Source of the DNA: Vicugna vicugna
Taxonomy: Eukaryota
Direction: 5' to 3'
DNA: 64,000 nt
Assembly: GCA_013265495.1 (NCBI GenBank)
Contig: MU058065.1
Span: forward strand, 1,263,527 to 1,327,526
Shown here: piece by piece, positions 40,031 through 52,984 of the stretch
Layout of the letters: each line of letters opens with the position of its first letter
How positions within the stretch are numbered: the first letter of the stretch is position 1
The notes under the pieces: generated by a model
Databases searched by the model: none
What the model saw: only the letters and a program-made list of their open reading frames with translations
What the model was told of the DNA's origin: nothing
Position numbers and translations under genes: made by a program

Positions 40031-42404
40031 CTTTACCCTGTACCCACCTTCTTTATGATTATTTAACATATACCTTTAGTTACGCCTTTTCAACTTGAAC
40101 GTTGAAAAGCCAGAATGGTTTTGAACGTGCCACCCCAACTCGCTCACTGGCATCTTTCTAATGAGTTTGGAAACACTGTGTCTACATGTATTCAAATGAG
40201 TTCAGTGTTAAATCATCAACTGGTGTCATTCCATTGAAGATACTGTATCATCTTTACTCTTCCTGTTTGGCATAATCCTACAGAGATTTTATTAAAAGTT
40301 CCACAATTGTCACATTAAACGAGATATTTTTTAATGCATGTGTTTTCTCTATCAGCTCTTGTATTCAAAAGAAAGCTTTCATTTGAGTTACTTTGCATAC
40401 TTTTTGAAGGTTTGATGCACTTAGCCTGGCCACTAACACCCTTTTGGTCAGCTTTATTAAAGGGGACAAGAACCTACCCTAACATGAAGGCTGTAAACAT
40501 TCTCACCTGATAATTAAAGACTGACTTCAAAGAACACTGATTTGAGTTCAATAGTGAATGTCTCAACTAAAGAGAAACCTCCGTTTTCCTTGACAAAGAT
40601 AAATTCTCATGGGATGTTCTGTCGCTACCAACAAAAAAATCCTTGCAAAAACACTGCTATTAAAAGTTGTACAAAACAAAAGGCAAAGACATTTGTACGT
40701 CATGAAGACTGATTATATGGTCTTGGTACAGCAAAGAAGAGGATGAACTTGTCATAATTTGCTCTAGAAATCCAAGTGATTAAAATACCCATTCCCTCTC
40801 TTAAATTACTGTTACTTTTCTATCCAAAGAACTCAAAACTGCTCTTGCCATTACACCCAATCATCTGAAAAATATAAAAATTTCACTAGCTGAACAGGAT
40901 ACAGTGTGAATCACTTCACCATTACTAACCTATCATACAAAGAAATACAGCGTACTATTAGTGGAGGGTTTTGTTGGTTTCCTGAGAATTACGAAAATAT
41001 GCGTATTGCCCTGAGGCCTTGGGCATTTCTGTGTTGCAATTACCAAGCCACTAACTTCTCATGTTTACTGCTCCACAGCAGATACCGTTTGTCATAGAAA
41101 TTCACAGTCTTTTGAGCTTAAGACATAAATACGGCAAAATACGAAAATGATGAACAGAAAACTAAGATGCAAAATCTAGACAAAAACTGAACACCCAAAA
41201 TATTGATAGAAGTAAAAATACATTAATTGCCTTTTCTGTTAGTAGTTGTATGGACATTGCTAAGAATAATCTGTCTTATTTGAACAGAAAATGGCAACAT
41301 GTGGATCTTTTCCATTTCAAGACAAAAAACAAAATCCAGACAGTTTAGAAATGCTGGCTAATTCATTAATCTTTCTTTTTATTTATATCTAAATGGTTTT
41401 TATTGCAGCCTACATTCTTTTCAAAGTGATTATATGTACAATCTCACCAAAGAAAAAAAAAGGAAGGAAGGAAGGAAGAGAAGAAGGAGGGTGGGAAGTA
41501 ATCAAATCTGGTTGTTTTTATTGATTTGGTTGGTTTGGTTTCCCTGTCATCTTATTCTATTTTGTGGGTCAATTTCCTGTGTTGTCTGTTGTCCTCCATT
41601 TTGTGCTGGAATTTTGTACTGAATTCTGTACTGTTAGTAAATCCTGTTATTCAGTGATTTAAATCTCTGTGCAAGTGTATCAGTGTGAACTTGAGAAAAA
41701 ATTGAAAGAAAGCTCACTAAGAGAGTTTTCGATTTCACCTACCCAAACATTTCACAAGACCAACAGAGTCTGCCTTCATGGAGCGTCTGCATAAGGAACT
41801 TCCATGCCTCTGAATGCACAACAAATCTCCCAAATGTGGAAAATCTAACTAAATATTATCAACAGTAAGATTGTCTCCAAAAGTCTTAAACAGAAGGCAC
41901 AACAATAGAAAACTACTTCAAGATGTCAGACAAGAAAAATCGCCTTTGGGACGGCTGGATTACTTCAAGGGTCAGGGAAACAAGACAACCTGGGCTTTGA
42001 GTTATTTCTGAATCTCTTCTATGCAACGTAGAAAGTGATTCAGGATGCCCTGCTTTTAACTTGGCTTGATTCTGTTGACACGTGTGTAGGGTGAGCAACA
42101 AGGCGCTAAGCGAAACGTAGAGTTTTTCAATCACCTTCAAATGAGAAATAACAAACACACTAGTTCTTGAAAACTCCCGCCCCACACAGCTTTCATCTTT
42201 TCTTTTTTCCAGCAAAATAGCATCAGGTGGTTTCGTGAGACTGTCGGGAGCAATGTATGCCTTGTAACTGAATCCTATTGGTGTTAAATAACGCTTAGTT
42301 CCCCTTCCTAAAACTCTGATAATTCCCCGTTTAAGGCATGTTGTTACCTCCTTTAGTTTACAGGTTGAATCTTGCTCATGTGTGGACTTCAGAACTTTAA
42401 ATCT

Positions 42405-42590
42405 CTAGAACCTGCTTTTCAAATGTCAGCAAACACCAGGATCATTTGGGGAGTTGTCTAAACCACAGATCTCTGGGCTCCATCCCCGGTGAGTTGGACT
42501 CTGAGTATCACGGGTGGTACCCACACATTTGCATCTCTAGCAAGTAATGTTAGGAGCCAACCGAGGCCAAAATTTCACACCCAAAGACTG
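42405..42590. mobile_element. MER5-type hAT-Charlie element
   Basis: ggatcatttggggagttg...cagatctctgggctccatcccc...atttgcatctctagcaag. Confidence 0.7.
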
Positions 42591-43129
42591 AGCTCTGAGT
42601 ACCAAGGCCCTACAGCCATCATAGGCATCAAGTCCACATCATCGAAGAAAGTCTTCAATTTTCTAGTGGAGATACTGAGTCTTACTATATCCCAAGTGTA
42701 ACTTGAGTATATTAAGTCAATCATTACCCATTTCACTGAAAAGAAACACATGCATGCATGCATTTAAATATGCTTTACATCAAAAGCAAATCGATAAAAG
42801 CTGGATGAAAACCTTCTCATCCGTTATCTGCTCCAGTACAAATCTGCATAGAAGTTATCTGAAATACCAGCCTGATTCACATTTTGTATGTGTATTGAGA
42901 TGGAGATATTCTCACATAAACACATCAAACTAACTCTAGTTTTAGGAAAACTGGATAAACTTGCTCCATTGTCAACATATATGTTTTAAAAAAGCAATTT
43001 TGTATTGTCTTCACTGATGTTGACTAATAAACACAGAAAATCAGTTGCATCCATAATTTTACAAGTCACGGCTTTAGGTTATTGCTCTAGGCTTTGCCGT
43101 GTCTCACAGACAAGATTGTGATGCTGATT

Positions 43130-43950
43130 TTTTTTTTATTCAAACATCTTTACAAAGCACTTACTTACTTTTGTGCTAAATGCTCCTTAGGCTTTATGGA
43201 GACTGCAAACCCCAGCGGACTGTCAGAGAGGTGCCAGTCCATTCAGGACAAGGTAGAACTTAGTCCCTTAAATACGTCACAAGGCGGGGAAAAGCACAGA
43301 CAGGATGACATGGGAATTTAAAGAAGAAGTATTTCCACCTGGAAAAATAATTTAAGGACCACGTTGGAGCACTTGGGACAGAACCTGGAACACAGGGGAT
43401 ATTCATTAAGCCACCGATGAATGGAGACGCCATATGGCATAGGTTTTTAAGGGCAAATGCAGGATCTGGACTCAAAGAGGTGGAGACATTAACATTCCAA
43501 AAGTAGGTAACAGAATGATGGAAGAAGATAACCAATGTGCAGGGTTGCCTGGAGGAGCTAACATAGTTTTATGGCAGTATAATGTACATGAACTCCAGAC
43601 CAAGCTGGAAATTAGTGGATATTAGATTGAGGGGGGGATTTGGGTTTTACACTAAGGATATTAGTCTTTATTTGGTAGAAAATTGGGAACTCTTGACTGT
43701 TATGAATGAGAGCAATTTTTATAAAGATTAGTCTAGCAGCATGCATAGGATGCTTTAGCAAGAAGGAAGAATGGAATCTACGGACCAATGAGAAGACTGG
43801 TAGAGTTCATGACAGGGCAGAGAATGTGGAGAAGAAGGGATGAATTGGACTGATGCTGTGTGTGTAGAATCCGTATGTAGTACACAAACTGGCATTCATG
43901 ACCTAACAGTAGCTGCTAGATCTCAAGCCTTGTCACCAAGAGCTTTGAGT
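43130..43950 (-). mobile_element. LINE-2 fragments
   Basis: attcaaacatcttt...tgtgctaaatgctc and aaagattagtctagcagc...ggagaagaagggatgaattg. Confidence 0.65.
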
Positions 43951-44007
43951 CTGGTGTGATGATAACGAATTAATCTGGGGACGTAAATAGTCGGAAGAAT
44001 ATAACCC

Positions 44008-44243
44008 GGGAGTTTGAGATTCGCAGATACTGACTACTATATATAAAACAGATAAACAACAAGTTTCTACTGTATAGCACAGGGAACTATATTCAATATC
44101 TTATAATAACTTATGGTTAAAAAGAATGTGAAAATGAATATATGTATGTTCCTTTATGACTGAAGTATTGTGCTGTACACCAGAAATTGCCACAACATTG
44201 TAAACTGACTATACTTCAATAAAAATATGTTTAAAAAAAAAAA
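44008..44243 (+). mobile_element. Younger cetartiodactyl-type LINE-1 3' end
   Basis: gggagtttgagattcgcagatac...tgtatagcacagggaactatattcaatatc...actgactatacttcaataaaa plus poly(A). Confidence 0.95.
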
Positions 44244-45179
44244 GCAGGAACAGCAAAAAGAAAATAGCTTGAATAGTTTAGTAGTCATATTTATTTTCTA
44301 CCTTTCTCATGAATGGGAAAATCTTCTCTAATGATTTTTTCCTATCTCTGCCCGGATTAGAGTTCAAAAATACGTATTTATAACCTGCACACTTCCCTGA
44401 TCAAGACAGAATGAAAAGCAGTTAAACTCATTAATGTTCGATTTTGCTGGCTAGAAAATTGCTAAAACAAAATTTCTGGCCAGCCAATGCATTTTTATGA
44501 ACAAACAATGCACTCTTCTTCATACTCAACACCGCCACGATGGTGAGCAGCAGAGGCAGGCTAGTCAAATTGCAGCTCTGACAATCTGTTCATCGTGGTA
44601 CTTTCCAGAATCAATGGAGTGGAATCATTCATATGGTGCTTGTCATTGAACACGAGAATGAAAGGAATCAGCACACTGGCAATGCCATCATCTATTCATC
44701 TCCCTTCTGGAAAAGTACCCTATACTATTTTTCTCTTGATACATTTTTTCTAATTTATTATCCAAATCAAGGAAACAGTTCAAGTACACATAAAAAGAAT
44801 AGACATATGTATTTGATCCATATTTAATTCTGATTTTGAGAGATTGTGACATGGCCCAGGATTTCTTAAGGACCAGTAACTTGGTTAGGATTAGATTTTC
44901 ATCTTTGGTAGCCAGAGCTAGTTAAAAGTATTAATTTTGGACACTCAGAGGTAATTTTTAAGACTGCAGAATTTCTATTCTTAATGTCAGACAATAACAT
45001 TTCATTAAAATTTATGTTTTCCTTGCATTGAGGAAAAAACCTTTTCCACGGTAATTATAAGCTCCTTGAATGTTCTGTACATCTCCAAAGAAGGAGCAAC
45101 CTTATGCCTTCACCTCTAGGACAGTAGTGATGCCAAGAGAAAGAAGAGGACAAGGTGAGTTTGAAAACTTTCAATATAA

Positions 45180-45380
45180 TGAAGTTGTCACTGGTTATAC
45201 CTTTTGTCTCCAGGTCATAAAGCACTGTACAGAGCAGTATCCTTCCTCAGCCCTCATGAGGTAGAGATGTATTACCTGTATTTTACAGTTGGATAAACAG
45301 GAGCTTCATCAAGTTTAAAATCCCACAGTAGGAGAGCTGGGAAAAGAGCCCAGAAGATCAGATTCCCAGTTAGTGGCCAG
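45180..45380 (-). mobile_element. MIR SINE
   Basis: cagccctcatgaggtag...tattttacagttggataaacaggagc. Confidence 0.75.
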
Positions 45381-45724
45381 AATAATTAGTGTTGCTCTGA
45401 ATACACTCTTCTCCTTGGCTTGCCAGTGAACTGTGACCCTAGAAAATGGGGAGAGACAGGAAGGAAGAAATGAAGAGAAGAGGGAGGGAAGCAGGGAAGG
45501 AACGATGAGGGATGGCTTTGGACCCACTTTATTTTTGTACAAGTGCTCAGTGTGGAAAAGACAGGCATGAATTAATCTGGCAATGCCCATAGGTATGATG
45601 TGTGAGCTTCAGTGTCCCACCTGCAAACGTACATACACATACACACATTCGCACACATACACACAATGTGCACACACACAGACCCACACTCTAGGTTTGT
45701 TTTTTTTAAAAAGAGACAACACAG

Positions 45725-45900
45725 CACAGTTTTGTGAAGTCATGTCTGCTTCTGTTTGTTGTCTTACTCTGACATTTCAAGCACTGTGATCGTGGACAAG
45801 TTATTCATACTCTTTGGGCCTCAGTTTACTTATCTATAAAATCCAGGTGGTAATTCCTACATCAGATTATCATGTGAGGATTAAATAAAACTCTTCATAT
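45725..45900 (+). mobile_element. MIR SINE
   Basis: tgtgatcgtggacaagttattc...gcctcagtttacttatctataaaa...gtgaggattaaat. Confidence 0.85.
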
Positions 45901-46899
45901 GGAAAGGATGTGAGCCTTACCACTGTCCAGTCCTATCCAGCCACGTACACCCAGGATTTTCTTGATCTTACCACAACTGTCTTTCTAGATTTCAGAGATC
46001 ACATCCTCCATTTAAGGACCATAGCTAAGACTTAAAAATAGGCATATTTTTGCTGATGAGTTTGGATGGAAAGTTTGGAAAATTCGAGGTCATAGTTGGG
46101 CGTCACTTCTGTTGGAGGATCCACAGGAGATATTTAGAAAGCTGTCGAGGGGAGGTCTTCATCAGATTGCAGTGGGGAAAGCAGACGTGAGCACAGGCAA
46201 GGTGAAGAGCTTACCTGAACCCTAACAGGCTGTTCCAACTCCTGAGATGCTGCGATGTGGCCCTACCAGTAAGGAGGTGGAGCTCAACAGGATGCCAGTG
46301 CTGACCTGAGCCTCCTTCTGTGGGTGCCCTCAGATCCCAGCTCATGGACCTCCACCAGCATCAGCCTCCATCCTGCTCTTCCCATCACCTCCCGCCCTGG
46401 CCCAGGTAATTCCCATCTTGTCTTTCTGACAGTGGATTTGGCCAGTCCTTTTAATATTCTCTTTCTAATCTGTGGTGACATAAACGCCAACGCCCTGCTT
46501 CCATTCGGGCTATCCCCAAATTTCTCCTTCCCTTAAAAAAAATCATTTTATTTCGAATGGAAACCTTCAGCTTTCAGGATGTTATTCCTGCTATGACACC
46601 TAAGAGCCTGTTTTGAATGTTTTAACACTCAACTAGTTTCTTCTCTCGTTTTTCCCTTTTGTAATGATTCCAAGTCTCCTTATGGCAAAATAGATGCCAC
46701 TAATCCAACGAAAGGAAGAGTGAAGTCTGGAAGTACCGGAAAGCCAAGTGCAAATATTAATATTTCAGAGCATCACTTTACTTCATACGTGAAGCATTTA
46801 CTGCCGTGTCAGCCACACATTAAAACCTGAAAAAACACCTGATCCTGTTCCTCTGCTGCAGCCAGCTGTGAGTCTGATAAAGCTTTTTGCACATCTTCA

Positions 46900-47370
46900 T
46901 GGCTCCTTTCCTCATCTACACATTTGGTCGTCTACTAAGGACTATCCATGTGACAGACACTCTGCTTGCTGTTGGGGAATATTAAGACACACGCTATGGC
47001 CCCATCTTTCAAGGAGGTCGTTATTCAGTGGCAGAGGTAATTGGGTGAATAGGTTGCTTAAAAGAACGTACTAGAGTGAACTTTTACGGAATCCAGGAAA
47101 GGAATCAATGATGAAAGATGGAAGGTGTCAGATTTGTCAGAGGAGGTGATGCGTGAGCTTGGCTTTGAGAGAGACATGTTTTCCACACAAACGCTGATAA
47201 AAAGGTAACTTCAGGCAGAGGGATCAGCATGAGCAAATACAGGGAGGTTTTAAAGTCCTAAAAACTGTAAGTTCAGTTAGAAATACAGCACAAGGAAAGG
47301 CAGGGAAGGGTAGGAGCCAAGAAGTGGAGAGAACTGGGGTCCAGACCGTGAAAATCCTGACATGTGGGAG
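46900..47370 (-). mobile_element. LINE-2 fragment
   Basis: actatccatgtgacagacactct...cagaggaggtgatgcgtgagcttggctttga...caggcagaggg. Confidence 0.75.
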
Positions 47371-50300
47371 GGGGCAGTGGGTTACTTTATCCTGCGGGCA
47401 AGTGCAAACCAGCACAAATGATGCTCTTGGGCGCTGTCAGTCACCAGCTGCTGCAATTGCTCCCCTCAGAAAGCATTTCACCAAAAAGTGACAATGTCCA
47501 GCACTGATCTGTTTTTCCCAATGTTCAAAGTGAATGTTAATACAGATCACAAGAGTAATATTAAAAATGATTTTCTGGTATTGTGTTAAAAAAATCATTG
47601 CTGATAAAAGTTAAAAAATTACATTTTACAGAAGTGCCATCAGAGGATAAATCAGCTGATATGGACATAGGCATGTTAAATCCACAGTTTTGAACTCCTC
47701 ATCAGAAAAATAAAATGAAACATGAATGGTGGCTTTCCCCAGGATGAATCATAGTAAGTACAAGTCAAACTTCATAACTTTCAGTGCTAGGTTAGGAGAA
47801 GGGCCTCAGGCACGTCGCTTAAAAGGTTTTCAGGATCGTAGGTGGCTATTTCTGTGTCTCCACTTCACTGGGATGCCTGGCCCAGGAGCTGGGTCCCAGT
47901 TGTCAGCACAATTAGTCAGTGGACCACAGCAGGTCCTGAGGTTGGTTCTTTTGGTTTTGTGATACCTCTGCTTCCAAACAGCTGTCAGAAACGGGGCTCT
48001 TGCACTCTGAGAACACACAGAAAGCAGAAGGCTGGAAGGCATGAGGGTTGAATAGTATTGTCAGCCCTGGGCTGAGGAGTGAGGATTATGCTCCAATTCT
48101 GCTAGTCTGCTGTACCTTTTTGTTAAGGAAACCCTTCAAAATAAAACAAAACAAAACAGAATTTAAAAATAAAATATGTAAAATAAAATGAATAAAACAA
48201 CCTTATACATGCGCCTGACTATACTAATTCTTGAGAACTGACGGAATTCCATTTGGCTAATCCACTTGGAATTATACACTAGTCTTTTTCATAGCGGGTA
48301 TGAAAACAGTAATGGGAGAAGTCTGCATTCGCCATTAGTAGGTACAATGTGATTATTCTTTTTCTTTTTCATTGTTGCCTTTGGCCACTTATGAGCACAG
48401 CTAGATCAACTAGTGTAATGTTCAAGTCATTGAGAAATCGATGTCATCTCTTAGACCAACAAGCGCAACTTCTTCTCACTTGATCGCTGAGTAAATTCCC
48501 CATAGTGAAGGCTTCCCCAAGACGCTGGAATTCACACCTGCATGCCTGAAGACTGCTTCCTGTAAATGCCCTTGACGTTACTGGAAGATACTTCTTCTGA
48601 CCCAGGGAATACAATCTCCTAGAATCTAAGACAGTTCTCTACCACAAATTATAGATCCAGATTCAGGTATGGATGTGAGATAAAAATACAGACAAGCACT
48701 CAGGCATAGATATAGATATAAAATGATATAAGGCAGATGGTCTGAGATATAGAGGAGATCTAACATATGAGACATAGAATAATACTAGAAATAGGACGAT
48801 ATACATTTGTTGTTATCAGTGTCTATGAGATAGAGCAGGTGGGGTTCACTGCACCAGTTGAGAATGCCAAGTTATAAAAGATGTTTGATATTTTTATACC
48901 AGATTTATCTTTTATCCCCACTATAATAAGAGAGCTTTATGTTATGTTTTAGTTGCTCACTTTAAAGCTATTGATTCATACTTTCCAACTAAGCATTATT
49001 TTTGCAGAGTTTAATTTTTTATTTCTACCAGATCTCAAAATCAAGCATGTAGCTTCTCCTAAAGGAGGGACTGAGTTGGCATATTATACCTGAAGGACTT
49101 AGACCATGTCTGGCACATGATGAGAGTTAGATGGACATGTCTTATGTTGATATTGTGGTGGGTGTTACTACAGGAATGGAAGGTGGGGTGGAGAAAAAAA
49201 TTCTGCGAGTCACAAATGACATGCCTAATTACTGTCGTCACTTCCAGCAGTCATATTCGGCCTTCTAATTCTGCTGGAGTGCTATGTTAAGAGGAATCCG
49301 AGGACGCACTGAGCGCAGTGAGAAGAGCAGCATTCATGGATGCCAAAACACACTGGGGAAGAAGACAAAGAACTTCGCCTTTAGACAATTACTTGGTAGT
49401 AACAGGGATTTGAACACAGTGCGGTGGGACTCCATAGCCCCAGATTTTAATGGTCCCATGGTTCCCCTTGGTTTGTAGCGAGAAATGGGCCCTGGGAGAT
49501 TAGCTTTCACTGCAATGAGATTCTGTATTTCTTGGATGCCAAGAGTCTCTTGGGGGAACCATCCACTGTCAAATCAGTACTTCATTCTGGAAAGAAACTG
49601 TAGGTAACAGCTGGTTGACTGCTACTTCATTAAGTCAGATTTCTCTGAAATCTCCAAATCTCCATCCTTTTTTTTTTCACTTGTGTGGTTAGAAAATATG
49701 AAATATGCTAACTTAGCCTATGATAAGACAGAAGGATTGTATATTACACAGAATTTAAAACTGGATTCTTTGCTGTGTTTTCTTGTTGTCTTTTTCTTCC
49801 AGTAGCAAGAGTAGAAGGAAAGCCAGACCAAACATCTCAGGGAGTTGTTTTAATTTACTTCACGAAACGTGCTATGGTATTGAACGTTCCTCAATTGCCA
49901 GTAATTAAAATGATAAACCTCAGTTTTAAAAATGCCCAGAGACTCAGCTGACTCTTGAAAAAGATATATTTACACTCAATTGAGAAATTCACCAACATGC
50001 ACTTTCCTATTTCTTTTTATGTTACATTTATAATATACCTGCGTGACCTTATTATTAAACATTCTAGTTCCTCAAAGCCATAAATAGTCTAGCTTCTGGT
50101 GGTATGCATTCAATCAAATGTAAATATGGTAAAGTATCGAATGGATGGATTCATGTACAGGAATGAAAATAAAAACTAAAATACCTTGCAAATAGCAATA
50201 GAAATGGGAGTCATAATCATAAATAAAACTCCAGGAAAAAAACCCAGAAGGGATTGAAATGCTGTTAGATAAGCCAAAGGTACGTTTTGGTCCAGGAATC

Positions 50301-51920
50301 AAATTGTGTTGAAAATAACTGGCACACGCAACTTTTGGACTTTACTAGATATTGAAGGAGAATATTCAGAAGAATTTGAAGTACAGCAAAGGCATTGTCT
50401 ATTTTATTCAACGTCAAAAAATATTCCTCTTAATGGGGAGTGAAATAAAGGTTTAACATGAATTTCCTAAAGCAGTTTTAAAGTTTCCCCTCTGGCTACA
50501 CTTAAGTATCAGCCGTCTCCTAGGCTGGATTTTAAGATAAACTCATCTATCCCCCTCTGCCCCCACCTCAAAATCTGGATGGAAATTATGTACTTGGTAC
50601 CAGGAGATGAGATGCATAGCTTCACTCCACAGTAGCGTGAGTCCTCATTTAAGATCTAGAAGCCACACAGCCCTAATGCGGTTTGCACTCAGCTCCTTCC
50701 CAGCCCTGATATCCTGGAGTATCGGATCCACTTGTATTTTTGGGGTGTGTGCCCGCATGTAGGTTTTCTCCACTTATTTTTTCTTTGAGAGCAAGAGGGC
50801 ATCTTCAGTCATCACTCTATTTCCGGACCATAATATTAACTGCCATGTTTAAATTAGCTACTATGTGGTGCCCAGCCTCTTTGCATGAATTAGTTCAAGC
50901 TCTCTCATTTCTGCTAGTCTTTTGTCCCCATGTTTGTCAGCGGTATTAATTAAAACACCCTGATGAAACAAACTTTCAAGATAACCTCACAAAATAGGAG
51001 GCACTTCCAAGTGGCTTTTCTTGAATGGAGGCCATTCTGTCTCCTCAAAGAACCGTTGTGAAATGTGTGCAACTGATTCCCACGGTCACTCTTGCATGCC
51101 CTCAGTACTTATTGGATGGGAAAGGAAGATGCCAAATGCCCAGGAGTGCCAGACCCAGCATCCCTCCGTAAGGGCTAGTCTTACCCAAAATGCCGACCAG
51201 GCCCCGCTGAAACACCGGCAGGAGATCCTGTGCTCATTCCTCTTGAACGACTCTCTTTCCTTTCCTGTAGTGAGACATCTTAAAAGAATTGCATCCAGCT
51301 TCCTTTAAGCTTCACAGAATAACATCACTCTAGCAAGACAAACTAAAACAAAAAAAGCATGTGGGAGAAATAAAGGAAATGGAGAGAGATTAGTTTCATC
51401 TGGAGTTTGGCTTCCTGTCTTCAGCACATCTCACAGTGAGATTATTTCCAATCACTTAATTCAAGTGGCTTTTCCCCCCATCGACCCTATTAGTGAACTG
51501 ATAATGCAAAAGATGTTAAATGTAATATGACTTCCCCTTGACACTCCTCACACTGTGAGCAAATTAAGAGTGTTCTCCTTACACCATTGTTTACTATGGG
51601 AATAATAAACCTAGGAGTTCAAAATGCATTTTTATGTACTTTATGGAAAAAATCATTTGCAAGTAATATTACGCCCAGATCTGTCTCCTCTGACAACTGA
51701 GTTGTTTGCGGTGCTGCAGACTGGAAATGACACTAAAAGCATGCGGTGATTTAAAAGGCTGGTTGACTCTCACACTGGCAATGGCAAAACGGATGGAGGG
51801 CGGGGAGGGGGTGGGGAGAAAGAGAGCTTCCAGTATCCGTGTTATTTCCATGGCCCTATGAAGATTAGGGAGAAAGGATTTAAAATAAACTTTTGTGCAT
51901 CCACTCATCCTCAGCTTTAT

Positions 51921-52277
51921 TTTTATTCCATTTTATCCTTTTTTTTATTGAAGTATGGTTGGTTTATAATGTGTCAGTTTCTGGTGTACAGATAATGGTT
52001 CAGTCATACATATACATAGCTATATTCCTTTTCATATTCTTTTTCATTGTAGATTACTACAAGATATAGAATAAAGTTCAAAAAATACCACACGACATCA
52101 CTTACTTGTGGAATCTTAAAGAAAAAAAGACACAAATGAATTTATTTACAAAACAGAAACAAACCCACAGACACAGAAAATAAACTTACGGTTACCGGAG
52201 GCAGAAAGATGGCAGGAAGGGATAAATTAGGAATTTGAGAATTGCAGATACTAACTACTATATATAAAATAGATAAA
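51921..52277 (-). mobile_element. 5'-inverted (twin-primed) cetartiodactyl-type LINE-1
   Basis: 51921-52079 is an antisense L1 3' end and 52080-52277 is sense upstream L1 sequence; 15-bp TSD catcctcagctttat / catccttagctttat. Confidence 0.93.
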
Positions 52278-52984
52278 CATCCTTAGCTTTATAATGAGCT
52301 TAATACACAGTTAACCCTTGGGTCTCTGGCCTTATCTTACCATTGAAAACTCATCTCCCCCCCACCCCCCACCAGATTTGACAGCAGCAAAATCGCCATG
52401 GGTTGCAGTGGATACATGATGGTGAGATCGTAAACAGTGCAGTGGATAACAGAAATCTCCCTAGAGGTAGACCAGCTTGGAGAGAGACAGAAGGTGGTCG
52501 GGAAAGGAAGCCATGTGTCCCAGATGAGTGTCAAGTTGCTGAAAAAGACCTGTGCTCTATCACACCCTCTGCTGGCTGAGGGAAGAAACAGCAACGGATC
52601 TTGGTCCAGGCCTCATGGCGATGAACTGACTGCTCAGAGCAGTTGGTATCCACCGGGTCAGATGTAAGATCAGACCATGGACAAAATGCTGTTAGAATGA
52701 GTCCTCAGCATCCTTCTCACATCTTCTCTGTCACATTCACCCTGATCTTGACCCTTTCTTAGTAGAATTTCTAGTTTAAGGAGAAAATCAATTAGAAAGA
52801 TCTTTGCAGCTCCTTGCTTCCTTCCTTCCATGCTTCTTTCTTTCATTCCTTTTTGATGTATTATTAAAAGCCACAGGAATAATGATTTCGCTCAGCATAC
52901 TCATTAACTGTGCAGCATTCATCAAGCATTCTGTGTTGGTGCTGGCAAGAGAGTCTAATGATGTTCATCACATTTTAATAGTCT

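Noticed and set aside
40074..40277. 204-nt minus-strand exon-like segment containing a 9-bp hairpin (40086-40109)
   Set aside because: Stops in all three frames and a weak donor; not supportable as coding, and non-coding use cannot be tested here.
44533..44549. 16/17 match to the Kozak-EGFP start (cgccaccatggtgagca) as vector contamination
   Set aside because: Similarity ends immediately and the frame stops after 13 codons; coincidental.
45120..45154. 35-nt plus-strand micro-exon (DSSDAKRKKRT) with caag|gtgagt
   Set aside because: Strong donor alone; no recognisable protein context.
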